In this document: piece after piece, positions 21,631-30,993 of the stretch
How positions within the stretch are numbered: position 1 is the first letter of the stretch
Layout of the letters: the number at the start of each line of letters is the position of its first letter
NCBI GenBank assembly: GCA_052168235.1
Contig: JBQLZK010000064.1
Location: forward strand, 1 to 41,672
From: Thainema sp.
GTDB taxonomy: Bacteria > Cyanobacteriota > Cyanobacteriia > Phormidesmidales > Phormidesmidaceae
Reading direction: 5' to 3'
DNA length: 41,672 nt
The notes under the pieces: model-generated
What the model saw: the letters and a program-made list of their open reading frames with translations, nothing else
Database searches by the model: none
Told to the model about the DNA's origin: nothing
Translations under genes and position numbers: made by a program

Positions 21631-22836
21631 CTACACCTGAGCAGCAGAAATCGGATGGTTGCCTTCCGTTTGAGACCGATAGTCACCGCCCATATTGCGC
21701 TCGTGCGCCTCGATGACCTGTTCGCTGGGTACACCGCCTTGATTGACCGTTTGCTGATACTGGAAGTAGCGGTGATCGCGAGATAAGTTATCAACGGGTA
21801 CAAATTGTGTCTCATCGCCCGTCAGCGATACCTGAGACTCTAGAACCTGACGGATATAATCTTTGTTCTCTTGGAATAGAACGGGTTCTGGCAGTTCTTT
21901 GGGCAGAAATTCTTCTGGGTCACGATTTTCGTACTTGCGCATCATTTCGCAGGCTAAGCGGAGATGCTCAATTTCCATATTGAGGTGTAGTTCCCAGATT
22001 TGCTTAATTCGAGGATCAGGTTCCTGTTGCATAAACGAGTAATAGAGATAGCATTCGTTGTACTGATGCATCACGTCTCGCTCAAACCAGGAGGCCGTCG
22101 GATCGAGCAGAGATTCGTAATGGGTAACGTGCTGCTCTTCAATCTCGGCAATTTCTAGATACAGGCCCCGAGCCAGTGGCTCCATCGGGCGGTTGCCCAC
22201 GTTCATATAGAAATTCATGGTTTGCTGTTCAGCCGCAACCAGCGTCATTGCGTGGAGCAGAGATATGGGATTGGCCTGTTTGCGATCGCTTGGTTTGCGA
22301 ACATCATCAATCGGGTGGCGATGCTCATCTGCAGTGGGGCGACCGGGCATAATTTCGGTCAGTCGTCCGGTTAGTTCTTCTGCCTTCTTGCCTTCTAGCA
22401 TGTCCAGCAGGTTGGCGTAGCGATAGAGATGATCGAAATCTTCCAGTAGACCAAACTCAAACGCCTGCTTGAGATAAGGATCAGGCTCTGTTCGAGCTAA
22501 GTATGCCGTTAAATCAACGGCGACTTGCTCGTAACCAATGGTGACTTGCAGCGTGGATTCGGTTGCCGGAATTAGCCAGTTAACAGCCTTTTGCTGCTGT
22601 TGCTCAATCCGTCGCGACTGAGCCAGATATTTGCGTACATCGGGATCAGCCGTGTGACGAGCAAACTGATGGGAAAAGAAAATTGACTCAGTTTCGATCC
22701 CGTTCATCGTAATCACACGAGTGCGCGTATAGGGATCAACTTGATCGGTTTTGTACGGCTGCACATTTAACTCTGTCCAGTTGCGCAACTGTTGATCTAG
22801 CGGAATACCTTTTTCTGCCAAAGGATTAAAAGCCAT
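21631..22836 (-). CDS. Ferritin-like superfamily protein with two predicted four-helix bundles
   Basis: Four E...ExxH-type helical hairpins (IEQQQQ degenerate, EDFDH, EEQH, EIEH). Confidence 0.7.
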   Translation of the reverse strand: MAFNPLAEKGIPLDQQLRNWTELNVQPYKTDQVDPYTRTRVITMNGIETESIFFSHQFARHTADPDVRKYLAQSRRIEQQQQKAVNWLIPATESTLQVTIGYEQVAVDLTAYLARTEPDPYLKQAFEFGLLEDFDHLYRYANLLDMLEGKKAEELTGRLTEIMPGRPTADEHRHPIDDVRKPSDRKQANPISLLHAMTLVAAEQQTMNFYMNVGNRPMEPLARGLYLEIAEIEEQHVTHYESLLDPTASWFERDVMHQYNECYLYYSFMQQEPDPRIKQIWELHLNMEIEHLRLACEMMRKYENRDPEEFLPKELPEPVLFQENKDYIRQVLESQVSLTGDETQFVPVDNLSRDHRYFQYQQTVNQGGVPSEQVIEAHERNMGGDYRSQTEGNHPISAAQV

Positions 22837-23109
22837 AATCGTTCCTCAATCGGAATGTAGTAGGTCTTCATCCTAGTAAGCGGAAACAATTGCCTTCTCT
22901 ATCTTCAGCAATAGTTTAATAGCATCTAATGCTAATGAAAGAGATAGTTTAATTCTCGATGAGAGGCTATTTGCTCATAACTTGATATCTGATGGATTGG
23001 GAATTAAAAGGGATTATTTTGCTGCCGTGATGGAATAATAAAGAAGTCTCTTCGGGTTTGGAACCTAGTACAAAATGTAAATTTATGTATGCAGTTAAAT
23101 AATTGGCAA

Positions 23110-23666
23110 CTATTTGAAGAAAAAGACGCTTGGATAGTTTGCTAATTTCATAAACGTATCGATTTGATATGTTCCAATTTGCTGAAAGCCTTGCTTTTGA
23201 TGAAATATCAGCGATCGCTCGTTTAAGATCGGTTTTGTGGCGACGAAGGTAGAAAAGCACGAGTTTGGAAATATTTCGCACATGGATTGATACATAAACT
23301 GGGCAATGCCGTTGCTCATATTATTCGGGTGAATTGCAACTGTTTTAATTTATCGGAAATTGTTCTGTAGCGCGGCTCCGCCGCGCTACAGAACAATTTC
23401 CGATAAAGTCTATTATTGATTTTGGGTGGTGATAAAGCTAAGAAGCCAGCTACTTGAGCATCATAATTAATGGCAACAAAGTACTGAACGGATTGCTGAA
23501 GATGCTGGTCGATTTCTGCTTTATTAGTTCGAGTTAAAAGAAAACCGTGCGAATGGAGAGCACTTCTATCTAAAACATAAGCATGATGAATATCGACAAT
23601 TGCGTCAATATCGCAATTCCTGGCCTGGATAAAACGTAAATGCTGTATTGAAATTGGGTTCGTTAT
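23110..23666 (-). pseudogene. GNAT acetyltransferase disrupted by the hairpin element
   Basis: N-half (LRFIQARNCDIDAIVDIH...YFVAINYDAQVAGFL) lies at 23413-23666. C-half (IKTVAIHPNNMSNGIA...NERSLIFHQKQGF) lies at 23110-23350 in a different frame. Element copy 2 sits between them; AT-rich; begins at ATA. Confidence 0.75.
23349..23412 (+). mobile_element. Hairpin element, copy 2 (truncated, fully symmetrised)
   Basis: 28-bp perfect arms TTTATCGGAAATTGTTCTGTAGCGCGGC-TCC-GCCGCGCTACAGAACAATTTCCGATAAA plus GTCTA end. Confidence 0.88.
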
Positions 23667-23674
23667 TGCTTTGA

Positions 23675-25081
23675 TTAATTTGGATAACGATAACGCTTAA
23701 CCAGATCAATGACGCACGGTTGCAAAACTGCTGCGACGCTCGGATCGTGAGATGTAAAAATTAGTGTTCCACCCTGGTCGGTGAATTCCTTCAGTGCTGC
23801 GAGCATCAGATGGAGCGATGTGGCATCTTGCCCGACCATAATCTCGTCGAGCAGGCAAATTTGTGGTTGACGTGCCAGTACGGCTGCCAGCGCTAACCGT
23901 CGTTTCTGCCCCTGAGAGAGAGCGTGGGGATGCTGTTCTGCTCGATAGCTGAGATTAAGCTGGATCAAAAGCTTTTGGGCCTGATCAGGATCAACACCAG
24001 GTTGCTGAACTTCCGTAACGACGCTCTCGGCAAAGAGCTGATGATTCGGATTTTGGAGGACAAAGCCAATGGTTTTGGCTCGCTGTACGGTACTTTGGCG
24101 GGTCACGTCTTGACCTTGCACGATGATTTGTCCAGTTGTCGGTTTGAGTAAACCGCTGATCAATCTGAGTAACGTGGTTTTACCGCAGCCGTTTTCCCCT
24201 CGCAGCAGCACAATGTCGCCTGCATTTACCTGTAGGTCTGGAAAGGGGGCGTATCCGTCCCAACTGAGGTCGCGAGTTTGCAAGATGGCGGGTGCTTTTG
24301 GAGTTGAGGCTGGCAGATGAGGCGGAAACTGTACTTCGTCTGGTGCATGAACTAGCGGTTCCAAATGGTCGATTGGCTGCACTTGTCCGGCTTCAATGTG
24401 ATAAACGCGATCGCACTTGTCCTGCAGTAGCTCTAACCGATGTTCAATCAGTAATACCGATTGTCCCTGCGCGATCCGCTGCTGCAAAAGCTGGAGCAGC
24501 AGTTCTACTCCAGCGGTATCGAGAAAGGCGAAGGGTTCGTCCAGCAGCAGCAGATCAGGTTGGCGAGTGAGCAGACAGGCGAGGAGCAAGCGCTGCTTTT
24601 GTCCTGCTGAAAGCTGTCGAATTGACCAGTCTTTTTGCCCTACCAAGTCGAATTCCACAATGGCCGCCTGAGCCAAGTCCTGCATTTCTCCTGGGGGCAG
24701 GTGCCAATTTTCCAGCCCGAAGACAATTTCTTCCCACACTTGGTCGGTAAACAACTGCGTCTCCACGTTTTGCAGCATGATGCCCATAATCTGCGATCGC
24801 TGCCGAATCGACCAGGCGCTGATCTCATCTCCCCGATAGCGAATCTGGCCCACCAGCTGGCCGCCTGTATGCTCTGGCGCAATTCCGGTCAGACAATTGA
24901 GCAATGTGCTTTTGCCACTGCCTGTTGCTCCCGCCAGCACCACGAGTTCCCCTGGATACAGATTCAGGGAAATATTTCGAATGGTTGGTTGTGGTTGCCC
25001 GATGTGGGTAAACGCTAGATCAACGACTTCTAAAAGCGGTGCTGATTGATCGCGGTACGCGTTTGAGGCAGTTGTCATCAT
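23675..25081 (-). CDS. ECF transporter tandem ATPase (A-A fusion)
   Basis: Two Walker A motifs (GATGSGKST, GENGCGKTT), LSAGQKQR / LSQGQKRR signatures, QNPNHQLF Q-loop. Confidence 0.88.
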   Translation of the reverse strand: MMTTASNAYRDQSAPLLEVVDLAFTHIGQPQPTIRNISLNLYPGELVVLAGATGSGKSTLLNCLTGIAPEHTGGQLVGQIRYRGDEISAWSIRQRSQIMGIMLQNVETQLFTDQVWEEIVFGLENWHLPPGEMQDLAQAAIVEFDLVGQKDWSIRQLSAGQKQRLLLACLLTRQPDLLLLDEPFAFLDTAGVELLLQLLQQRIAQGQSVLLIEHRLELLQDKCDRVYHIEAGQVQPIDHLEPLVHAPDEVQFPPHLPASTPKAPAILQTRDLSWDGYAPFPDLQVNAGDIVLLRGENGCGKTTLLRLISGLLKPTTGQIIVQGQDVTRQSTVQRAKTIGFVLQNPNHQLFAESVVTEVQQPGVDPDQAQKLLIQLNLSYRAEQHPHALSQGQKRRLALAAVLARQPQICLLDEIMVGQDATSLHLMLAALKEFTDQGGTLIFTSHDPSVAAVLQPCVIDLVKRYRYPN

Positions 25082-25260
25082 CTTGCAAACTTAAAAATCA
25101 GCAGTTCCAGTGCTCAACAGCGGTCTGGAGAACAGACTGTCATCGAAACTTATTCTGGGCATATCATGGCATTATCCGGCAACTATCATGCCCTGCCCCC
25201 CAGACCATCGGGATGATTGTGTATCCTGCTCAAACGTGTTGTTGACCCCCAACTAAAACC

Positions 25261-26643
25261 ATGACGAGACAAACGGTGCCCACCCCTACAACCCCCCACA
25301 TCTTGCAGATGATCCAGTGGATCTTCGATCCAGTGGGTTACATGACCACTAACTTTGAGCGCTATGGCGACATCTTTTACGCCTACGTGCTGATGAACGG
25401 CGCTCGTTTGGTCATGCTGCATAATCCCAAAGCGATGCAGTACATGCTGACTCATGATACTGGCAAAGAATTTTCTGCACCGGGAGAGGTCAACGAAATT
25501 TTGGAGCCGTTTATTGGTCGGCAAAATTTGATTTTACTCAGCGGGAATCAGCATCGGCAGCGACGCCAGTTAGTGATGCCGCCATTTCATGGTGAGCGTC
25601 TCCAGGCATACGGAGAACTAATTCAGCAGATCGCGCAAAACGTTATTGAGCAGTGGCCAATGCACAAGTCGTTTCCGGTGCGGCAAGCCATGCAGCAGAT
25701 TACGATGCGGGTCATTCTCCAGGCCGTGTTTGGTCTGCATGAGGGAGAGCGCTATGTTCAGTTAGAGAAACTCCTGGGAGCGCGGCTGGATCTGACGGGT
25801 ACACCGCTGGCATCTGCGATCGCATTTCTGCCCTGGTTGCAAAAAGACTATGGCACCTGGAGTCCCGGTCATCGGCTGCGTCAACTGGGAGAGCGAACCG
25901 ATCGGCTGCTGTTTGCCGAAATTCAAGAACGCCGCGCTAATTCCGATTGCGATCGCATTGATATTCTGTCGCTACTGTTGGCGGCTAAAGATGAAGACGG
26001 CAATGGCCTTTCCGATCAGGATCTGCGCGATGAGTTGATGACTTTACTCGTGGCAGGGCATGAAACAACCGCTACAGCCTTGACCTGGGCGCTCTACTGG
26101 ATTCATGCGCGGCCAGAGGTAAAGCAAAAGCTGCTGGCCGAACTGGATGCAGTTGCGGATCCGGCTGATCCCAGCCAGTTGCTGCAGTTGCCCTATCTGA
26201 CCGCTGTGTGCAATGAAACCCTGCGGATTCATCCCGTAGCGATGCTGACGTTTCCCCGTCGTGTAGAAGTGCCGATGGAACTGTGCGGCTATCCGCTTGA
26301 ACCCGGTGAATTCATCATGGGGTCGATCTACCTGATTCACCAACGGGAAGACCTCTATCCTGAACCACAGGTCTTCCGCCCAGAACGCTTCCTGGAACGG
26401 CAGTTTTCGCCCTATGAGTTTATGCCCTTTGGCGGCGGCGTGCGGCGCTGTGTCGGCGCTGCCCTAGCGCAGTATGAACTAAAAATTGTCTTGGGCACGA
26501 TTCTGACCCAGGTTGATCTAGCGCTAACCAACACTCGGCCCGTCAAACCCGGACGGCGAGGTGTGACTTTAGGACAACGGACACCTGTCCAAGTTCAAAA
26601 AGTCGGCACCCGCACAGGCACGAAGGTTCCGCTCAGTGTTTAG
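25261..26643 (+). CDS. Cytochrome P450 (CYP110-like)
   Basis: AGHETT, ETLR, FRPERF, PFGGGVRRCVG heme-Cys motif. Confidence 0.95.
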   Translation: MTRQTVPTPTTPHILQMIQWIFDPVGYMTTNFERYGDIFYAYVLMNGARLVMLHNPKAMQYMLTHDTGKEFSAPGEVNEILEPFIGRQNLILLSGNQHRQRRQLVMPPFHGERLQAYGELIQQIAQNVIEQWPMHKSFPVRQAMQQITMRVILQAVFGLHEGERYVQLEKLLGARLDLTGTPLASAIAFLPWLQKDYGTWSPGHRLRQLGERTDRLLFAEIQERRANSDCDRIDILSLLLAAKDEDGNGLSDQDLRDELMTLLVAGHETTATALTWALYWIHARPEVKQKLLAELDAVADPADPSQLLQLPYLTAVCNETLRIHPVAMLTFPRRVEVPMELCGYPLEPGEFIMGSIYLIHQREDLYPEPQVFRPERFLERQFSPYEFMPFGGGVRRCVGAALAQYELKIVLGTILTQVDLALTNTRPVKPGRRGVTLGQRTPVQVQKVGTRTGTKVPLSV

Positions 26644-26667
26644 AACTCAGCAGGTTAGTTTTTATAT

Positions 26668-26757
26668 TAGACTTTATTGGAAATAAAGTTTTTGGGGTTG
26701 GAAATTGTTTTGTAGCGCGGCGAAGCCGCGCTACAAAACAATTTCCGATAAAGTCTA
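26668..26757 (+). mobile_element. 90-bp hairpin element, copy 3
   Basis: Same as copy 1 except the stem core is GCGCGGC-GAA-GCCGCGC. Confidence 0.9.
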
Positions 26758-26791
26758 TTGATCAGAAAGTCGGTGTAGTGATGATCCTCCC

Positions 26792-26819
26792 GTAGGGGCG
26801 AATGGCCATTCGCCTCTAC
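26792..26819. repeat. GTAG-type REP palindrome, second copy
   Basis: GTAGGGGCGAATGGCCATTCGCCTCTAC; overlaps the stop codon of the ECF T gene. Confidence 0.75.
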
Positions 26820-27526
26820 CCGGCATACTCTAAACGGATAATTAACCCCAGCCACCCTGCGGTGACGATGCAAAATAGCGTATCGTGCCATTGCCATCGG
26901 AGGGGTTTGCTGTTGCTGCGGGGTTCTGTGGGCGAGTAGCCACGAGTTTGCAGCCCTATGCTGACCTCGTCGGCATAGGCCACCATTTGAAACACCAACG
27001 GCACCACTAGGCCGGAAAACCACTGTCTGGGACGGTGGCGCAGGTCGATGCCGCGTAGCTGATTGGCTTCCCAAATGCGCTGCAGTTCCTGCTGCATTAG
27101 GGGAAAGAACCGCCAGATCAGCATGAGGCTGAGCGTCAAGAAACTGGGCAGCCGCACCATCTGCAACGCGCGGATCAGATCGGCTGGAGGCGTTGTCAGA
27201 GCCAGGATTGGAGTGGGAAGCAAGATGGCCAATAACCGCAGGGTGCTAAACGTGGCTTCGTTCCAATTGCCCAAGAGCCAAGCCGAGGTGGCGGTGAAGA
27301 CGATGATGGTCAACAGACCATACAGCATGACCAGTCGAGGAACGCGAATGGTGATCAGAAGTAGCAGCAGTCCGCTGACTAAGACCGCGATCGCAGAAAA
27401 GGTTTCTAGAAACAGCGCTAATCCCAGCAGGACAAAGCTGAGTCCAATTTTCAAAAATGGATTAATCGGGCTGAGTGGGCTGTGATGGAGCTGATGAGAT
27501 TGCGATCGCACCTGCTTGCGGTTCAT
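26816..27526 (-). CDS. ECF transporter transmembrane T component (CbiQ/EcfT family)
   Basis: TTPPADLIRAL, WRFFPLM..E, LRG and TRG coupling motifs; ATG 27526 directly after the S-component stop. Confidence 0.85.
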   Translation of the reverse strand: MNRKQVRSQSHQLHHSPLSPINPFLKIGLSFVLLGLALFLETFSAIAVLVSGLLLLLITIRVPRLVMLYGLLTIIVFTATSAWLLGNWNEATFSTLRLLAILLPTPILALTTPPADLIRALQMVRLPSFLTLSLMLIWRFFPLMQQELQRIWEANQLRGIDLRHRPRQWFSGLVVPLVFQMVAYADEVSIGLQTRGYSPTEPRSNSKPLRWQWHDTLFCIVTAGWLGLIIRLEYAG

Positions 27527-27527
27527 T

Positions 27528-28109
27528 TTACTCAGCATCGAGCTTGCCTGCTCGCCTGAGCTGCTGCACAATCCGTTCTCCCATCCACCAGCCCACGGCA
27601 CCCAATAAGCCCGTGGCGACAGCCAAGATGCCAATCAGCCACGGATTATTGATCAAGGTGGCAAATCGGCTCAGCATTTCCGATAGGCCACCACTAGTCG
27701 CGGCTCCAGCACTGGCTCGACTGGCCAACATCAGAATGCTGCCGAGTCCGATCAGCACCGCACTGACAAAGAAAACGACAGTGCCCAACAGGCGATTGGC
27801 TTTGGGGCGATAGTTTCCCTGGAAAAAGACGACGGCTTCCGTGACCAGAGTCGTTAGCACTAAGTAAACGAAGATGATTGGCGAAAGGGGAGCCAGCACG
27901 AGGGCTAAGGGCAAGATCATCAGCGCAACGCTGCCTCGTCGCTGAAGTCGCGCCATACCGAGCGTCATGAAGATGCCGCCAAAGGGTGCCCAGACGACCA
28001 AATCGAGAAACGGTGGCACAAACGGGCCGACAATAAACGCCGAGGCAATCATGCCAATGGTCATAAAGGCAGCAAAAACGTAGTCGCGTAAACTCCAGGG
28101 ACTTTTCAT
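27528..28109 (-). CDS. Putative ECF S (substrate-binding) component
   Basis: About 190 aa with 5-6 TM segments, begins MKSPWSLRDYV, immediately upstream of the T gene. Confidence 0.65.
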   Translation of the reverse strand: MKSPWSLRDYVFAAFMTIGMIASAFIVGPFVPPFLDLVVWAPFGGIFMTLGMARLQRRGSVALMILPLALVLAPLSPIIFVYLVLTTLVTEAVVFFQGNYRPKANRLLGTVVFFVSAVLIGLGSILMLASRASAGAATSGGLSEMLSRFATLINNPWLIGILAVATGLLGAVGWWMGERIVQQLRRAGKLDAE

Positions 28110-28146
28110 CGGAATGGTGCTATTCAATAGATCGTATCCGCTTAAT

Positions 28147-29766
28147 TTATACCGTATCCCTGAGTTCAACATTTAAATCAGCCGCAAAGTTTTGCTGAAT
28201 CTGTTCGGCCATCTGCTGTTCACTCAGTTGATCGGTAGAAAAAGCCTGTAGTGTTCCTCGCAAGTTTGCAGTATGGTACCGAGCAACCTGCTGGCTCAGC
28301 TCGGTAATTGAACGGTTATCGTGCTTGAGTGCAGCTATGACTGCCGTAGGAGTAATCGCTAGAACCTCTGTTTCTTCCGTTGTCATCATCTTTACCAGCG
28401 GAAGAGATCGGCTGAGAAATAAACTCATTTCTCCAAAACAGTCGCCTCGACCAAATTGCTCAGTGGGAACTCTGGGCTGATGGCTGAGAAATTCCTGTCG
28501 GTCATTTGGATCGAGGATTTCGGTAGCTAAATTTTGATAGAGCCAGTAGGCAGAGGAGGCTGTTTCTGCGGCTTGATCGGCCAGCGAAAATGCGACTGGC
28601 CCCAAATGATGCGCTAAATGAGTGGCCGCCCGATCAATGGACTTTTGGCTCAAGGTAACAGTGGTTTGATTTTTGGGCCGTAAGCTAAACGTTTTAACCG
28701 TCATCACACCTAGCTTTGGTACGAGTTCCTGGTCAATTGATATGCCTCCCTTCACCACAAGAAACATTGACTGAGGCGGTAAATTCCATAAGCCTAAGGC
28801 CTCTTCTGCATCGAAAATTAGCGTCTTTGACTGTTCAAGTAGTTGCCGCTGAGCTGCAGTGCTAAATGGCCGAAAGAACTCAATTGCTGCAATCAGTGAC
28901 TGCGTTTGGTTGGCGGCATTGGACGTGTAGTTATTGCCAAAACCAGCGCGGCTCAGAGCGTACCAAATGCGGCGGAGCAGGTCGGGGTCGGTATGGACGG
29001 CGGCAGCGTCATAGCGTTTGGGGTAATAGAACAGCCTGTACTGCACGTCGCTCAAGCTGTAGCTCCACATTTTGACAAAGACGGGCTGATCGGGATTGAC
29101 GTTGGGATGGGCTTGGTTCTGTACAGCACTGCAAGCCACTTCAATCACCTGATTCGGTGGGGCAGTGGCCGGAGCCACAAAGTCAATGGTGCGATAGATC
29201 GGCTGCTCTGTGGTGATCACAACGATGGAGTCATTTGCGATCGCACCATTGGGAATATGCACCATTTCGCCCGAATCAAGCCGGATATCGGTGGTGCGCC
29301 AGTCGATGGTCGTGATTACGCCTTCATAACCCTGTACCTGAATGCGATCGCCAACGTGAAATGGCTGATCAAACTGGAGAAAAATACCAGATAGGAAATT
29401 GCCGAGCGGTGTCTGGAGAGCAAAACCCAAAATGGCACCAAGCAAGGCCGAAGTAGCGGCTAGAGCGGTAATATCTCGTCCGAGTAGGCGGAAAACAATA
29501 AATGCACAGATGGCATAGAGCAGAACTGAAACAACCAGTTTTAAGAGATCGGACGGCTGCTTGTTGCGAGCAGTGACAAACCAAACATTAATTAGGATAA
29601 AAGAAAGAATATCAACGAGGATAATGCTGGCACAGACTAAGATAATGGCTTTGATAATTTCTAGCATTGAACCCGCAGCCATTTGCTGATTGTTAATCAG
29701 AAAAACATAAACAAACAGCAGCAGTCCCGCCAATGCAGCGACTAACAAACTTCTTGCTTTTAACAT
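28147..29766 (-). CDS. MscS-family mechanosensitive channel with C-terminal cNMP-binding-like domain
   Basis: GFALQTPLGNFLSGI, PFHVGDRI, IDWRTT, IPNG; C-terminal SMFLVVKG ... GDCFGEMSL. Confidence 0.88.
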   Translation of the reverse strand: MLKARSLLVAALAGLLLFVYVFLINNQQMAAGSMLEIIKAIILVCASIILVDILSFILINVWFVTARNKQPSDLLKLVVSVLLYAICAFIVFRLLGRDITALAATSALLGAILGFALQTPLGNFLSGIFLQFDQPFHVGDRIQVQGYEGVITTIDWRTTDIRLDSGEMVHIPNGAIANDSIVVITTEQPIYRTIDFVAPATAPPNQVIEVACSAVQNQAHPNVNPDQPVFVKMWSYSLSDVQYRLFYYPKRYDAAAVHTDPDLLRRIWYALSRAGFGNNYTSNAANQTQSLIAAIEFFRPFSTAAQRQLLEQSKTLIFDAEEALGLWNLPPQSMFLVVKGGISIDQELVPKLGVMTVKTFSLRPKNQTTVTLSQKSIDRAATHLAHHLGPVAFSLADQAAETASSAYWLYQNLATEILDPNDRQEFLSHQPRVPTEQFGRGDCFGEMSLFLSRSLPLVKMMTTEETEVLAITPTAVIAALKHDNRSITELSQQVARYHTANLRGTLQAFSTDQLSEQQMAEQIQQNFAADLNVELRDTV

Positions 29767-29784
29767 GGGAGTTTGGGGGCTAAA

Positions 29785-30657
29785 TTACTTTTTCAGCAGG
29801 GCTTTATTAAGGCTAACGAGTAGTCGATTAATGGCTTGACTCAATCGGCCTAATGAATCGGAGCGAGTTTCGGGCAGTTGGGCATCCGCCACCGTTTTGC
29901 GCAGGCTAATTTCTTCCACCATGTCGGCAATGCGATTGAGCGGGACGATCAGCCATTTACGCACAATAACGTTGACCGTGACATAGGCCAATAAAAACAC
30001 GCTGCCAATGATTAATAAGTAGGAAAAGATCGATGTTGTTGCCTGCTGTTTGGGCAGTGAAGTAGGGACTGAAATGACGCGGGCAGCAATGACTTCATCA
30101 AGCTGCCAGCCAAAGCCGCGCTCTCTGCCGTATGTGTTGATCAAGGAAGCAGGCGCGACATCCGGTGTACTGTGGCACTCTAGGCAACTGGGGGAATCGA
30201 CTCGAATCGGCTCAGCCACAAATAGCGTTTCTTGTCCGCTTCGTTCAATCCGCCGATCGGTGATTTCAAGCACTTCTGGATGAGTGATAAAGTACTGGAT
30301 CAGTTCAACCTGCCAGCCCTCGGCCAAATCATTAGGATTGGTGGGATTTAATGCCGGTTCTCTGTAGCTATAACCTCGATATTCTTCGCCCAGGTACTTG
30401 AACATTTCCTGGGCGGTATAGGAAGGAACCGTCTGCTTGACAAATTCTGTTGTTGTTTCATTATCCAACAGCGGTTCTAGCTGGTCGGTTGTATAGTTGC
30501 GAGCGGCAACTGCGGTGCTCAACAGCAGCCGAGCGGTGCGAATTGTGTCTTGCTCTGCATTACGTCGCTCTAGGGTAAATGCAGATAAGCCGGCAATAAT
30601 CCAACCGCTAATAAAAATGGCGAGAATAACAATTGTCAGTCTGTTCTGGAGCTTCAT
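29785..30657 (-). CDS. DUF3365 (Tll0287-like) c-type heme sensor with HAMP domain and no output domain
   Basis: Two TM helices, YREPALNPTNP, CLECH heme-binding motif, GFGWQL, C-terminal HAMP (PL..I...DSLGRLSQAINRL). Confidence 0.85.
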   Translation of the reverse strand: MKLQNRLTIVILAIFISGWIIAGLSAFTLERRNAEQDTIRTARLLLSTAVAARNYTTDQLEPLLDNETTTEFVKQTVPSYTAQEMFKYLGEEYRGYSYREPALNPTNPNDLAEGWQVELIQYFITHPEVLEITDRRIERSGQETLFVAEPIRVDSPSCLECHSTPDVAPASLINTYGRERGFGWQLDEVIAARVISVPTSLPKQQATTSIFSYLLIIGSVFLLAYVTVNVIVRKWLIVPLNRIADMVEEISLRKTVADAQLPETRSDSLGRLSQAINRLLVSLNKALLKK

Positions 30658-30993
30658 GGAATTAACATCCTGTGGAACTTCCTTACCTCCTTTTTTATTC
30701 AGAATTTAGGTGAATATTCCGGCAACGGCGAAAAATTTGTTGTGTTTTGTTAACTCGCATTTTGGCTGGCTCTCAATAAGTCGTGATGTTTGGTTATATG
30801 GGCATCGTTCACACAACCAAATATCACGACCAGAACACCACTGCTGCAACATGCACTGCAGCCTAGACCAAAGAAAAAACGCTGTCTCCAACACTAGACA
30901 GCGCTCGGTGCATTCACTTTTTTTGTTGGCTCACGGCTTGCGTTTTGCAAAACCGGAAATCTGAGCACGAAAGTTGTTATGAGATCACGAGAT

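Noticed and set aside
22967..23281. 104-aa minus-strand ORF
   Set aside because: Alternative frame overlapping the GNAT C-terminal half; no recognisable motif
26667..27074. 135-aa minus-strand ORF
   Set aside because: Overlaps the ECF T gene out of frame and its tail is a translation of the REP and hairpin element
30706..30894. Cys-rich 62-aa ORF as a RiPP precursor or metal-binding protein
   Set aside because: TTG start, no clear RBS and no modifying enzymes nearby; cannot be supported, though not excluded
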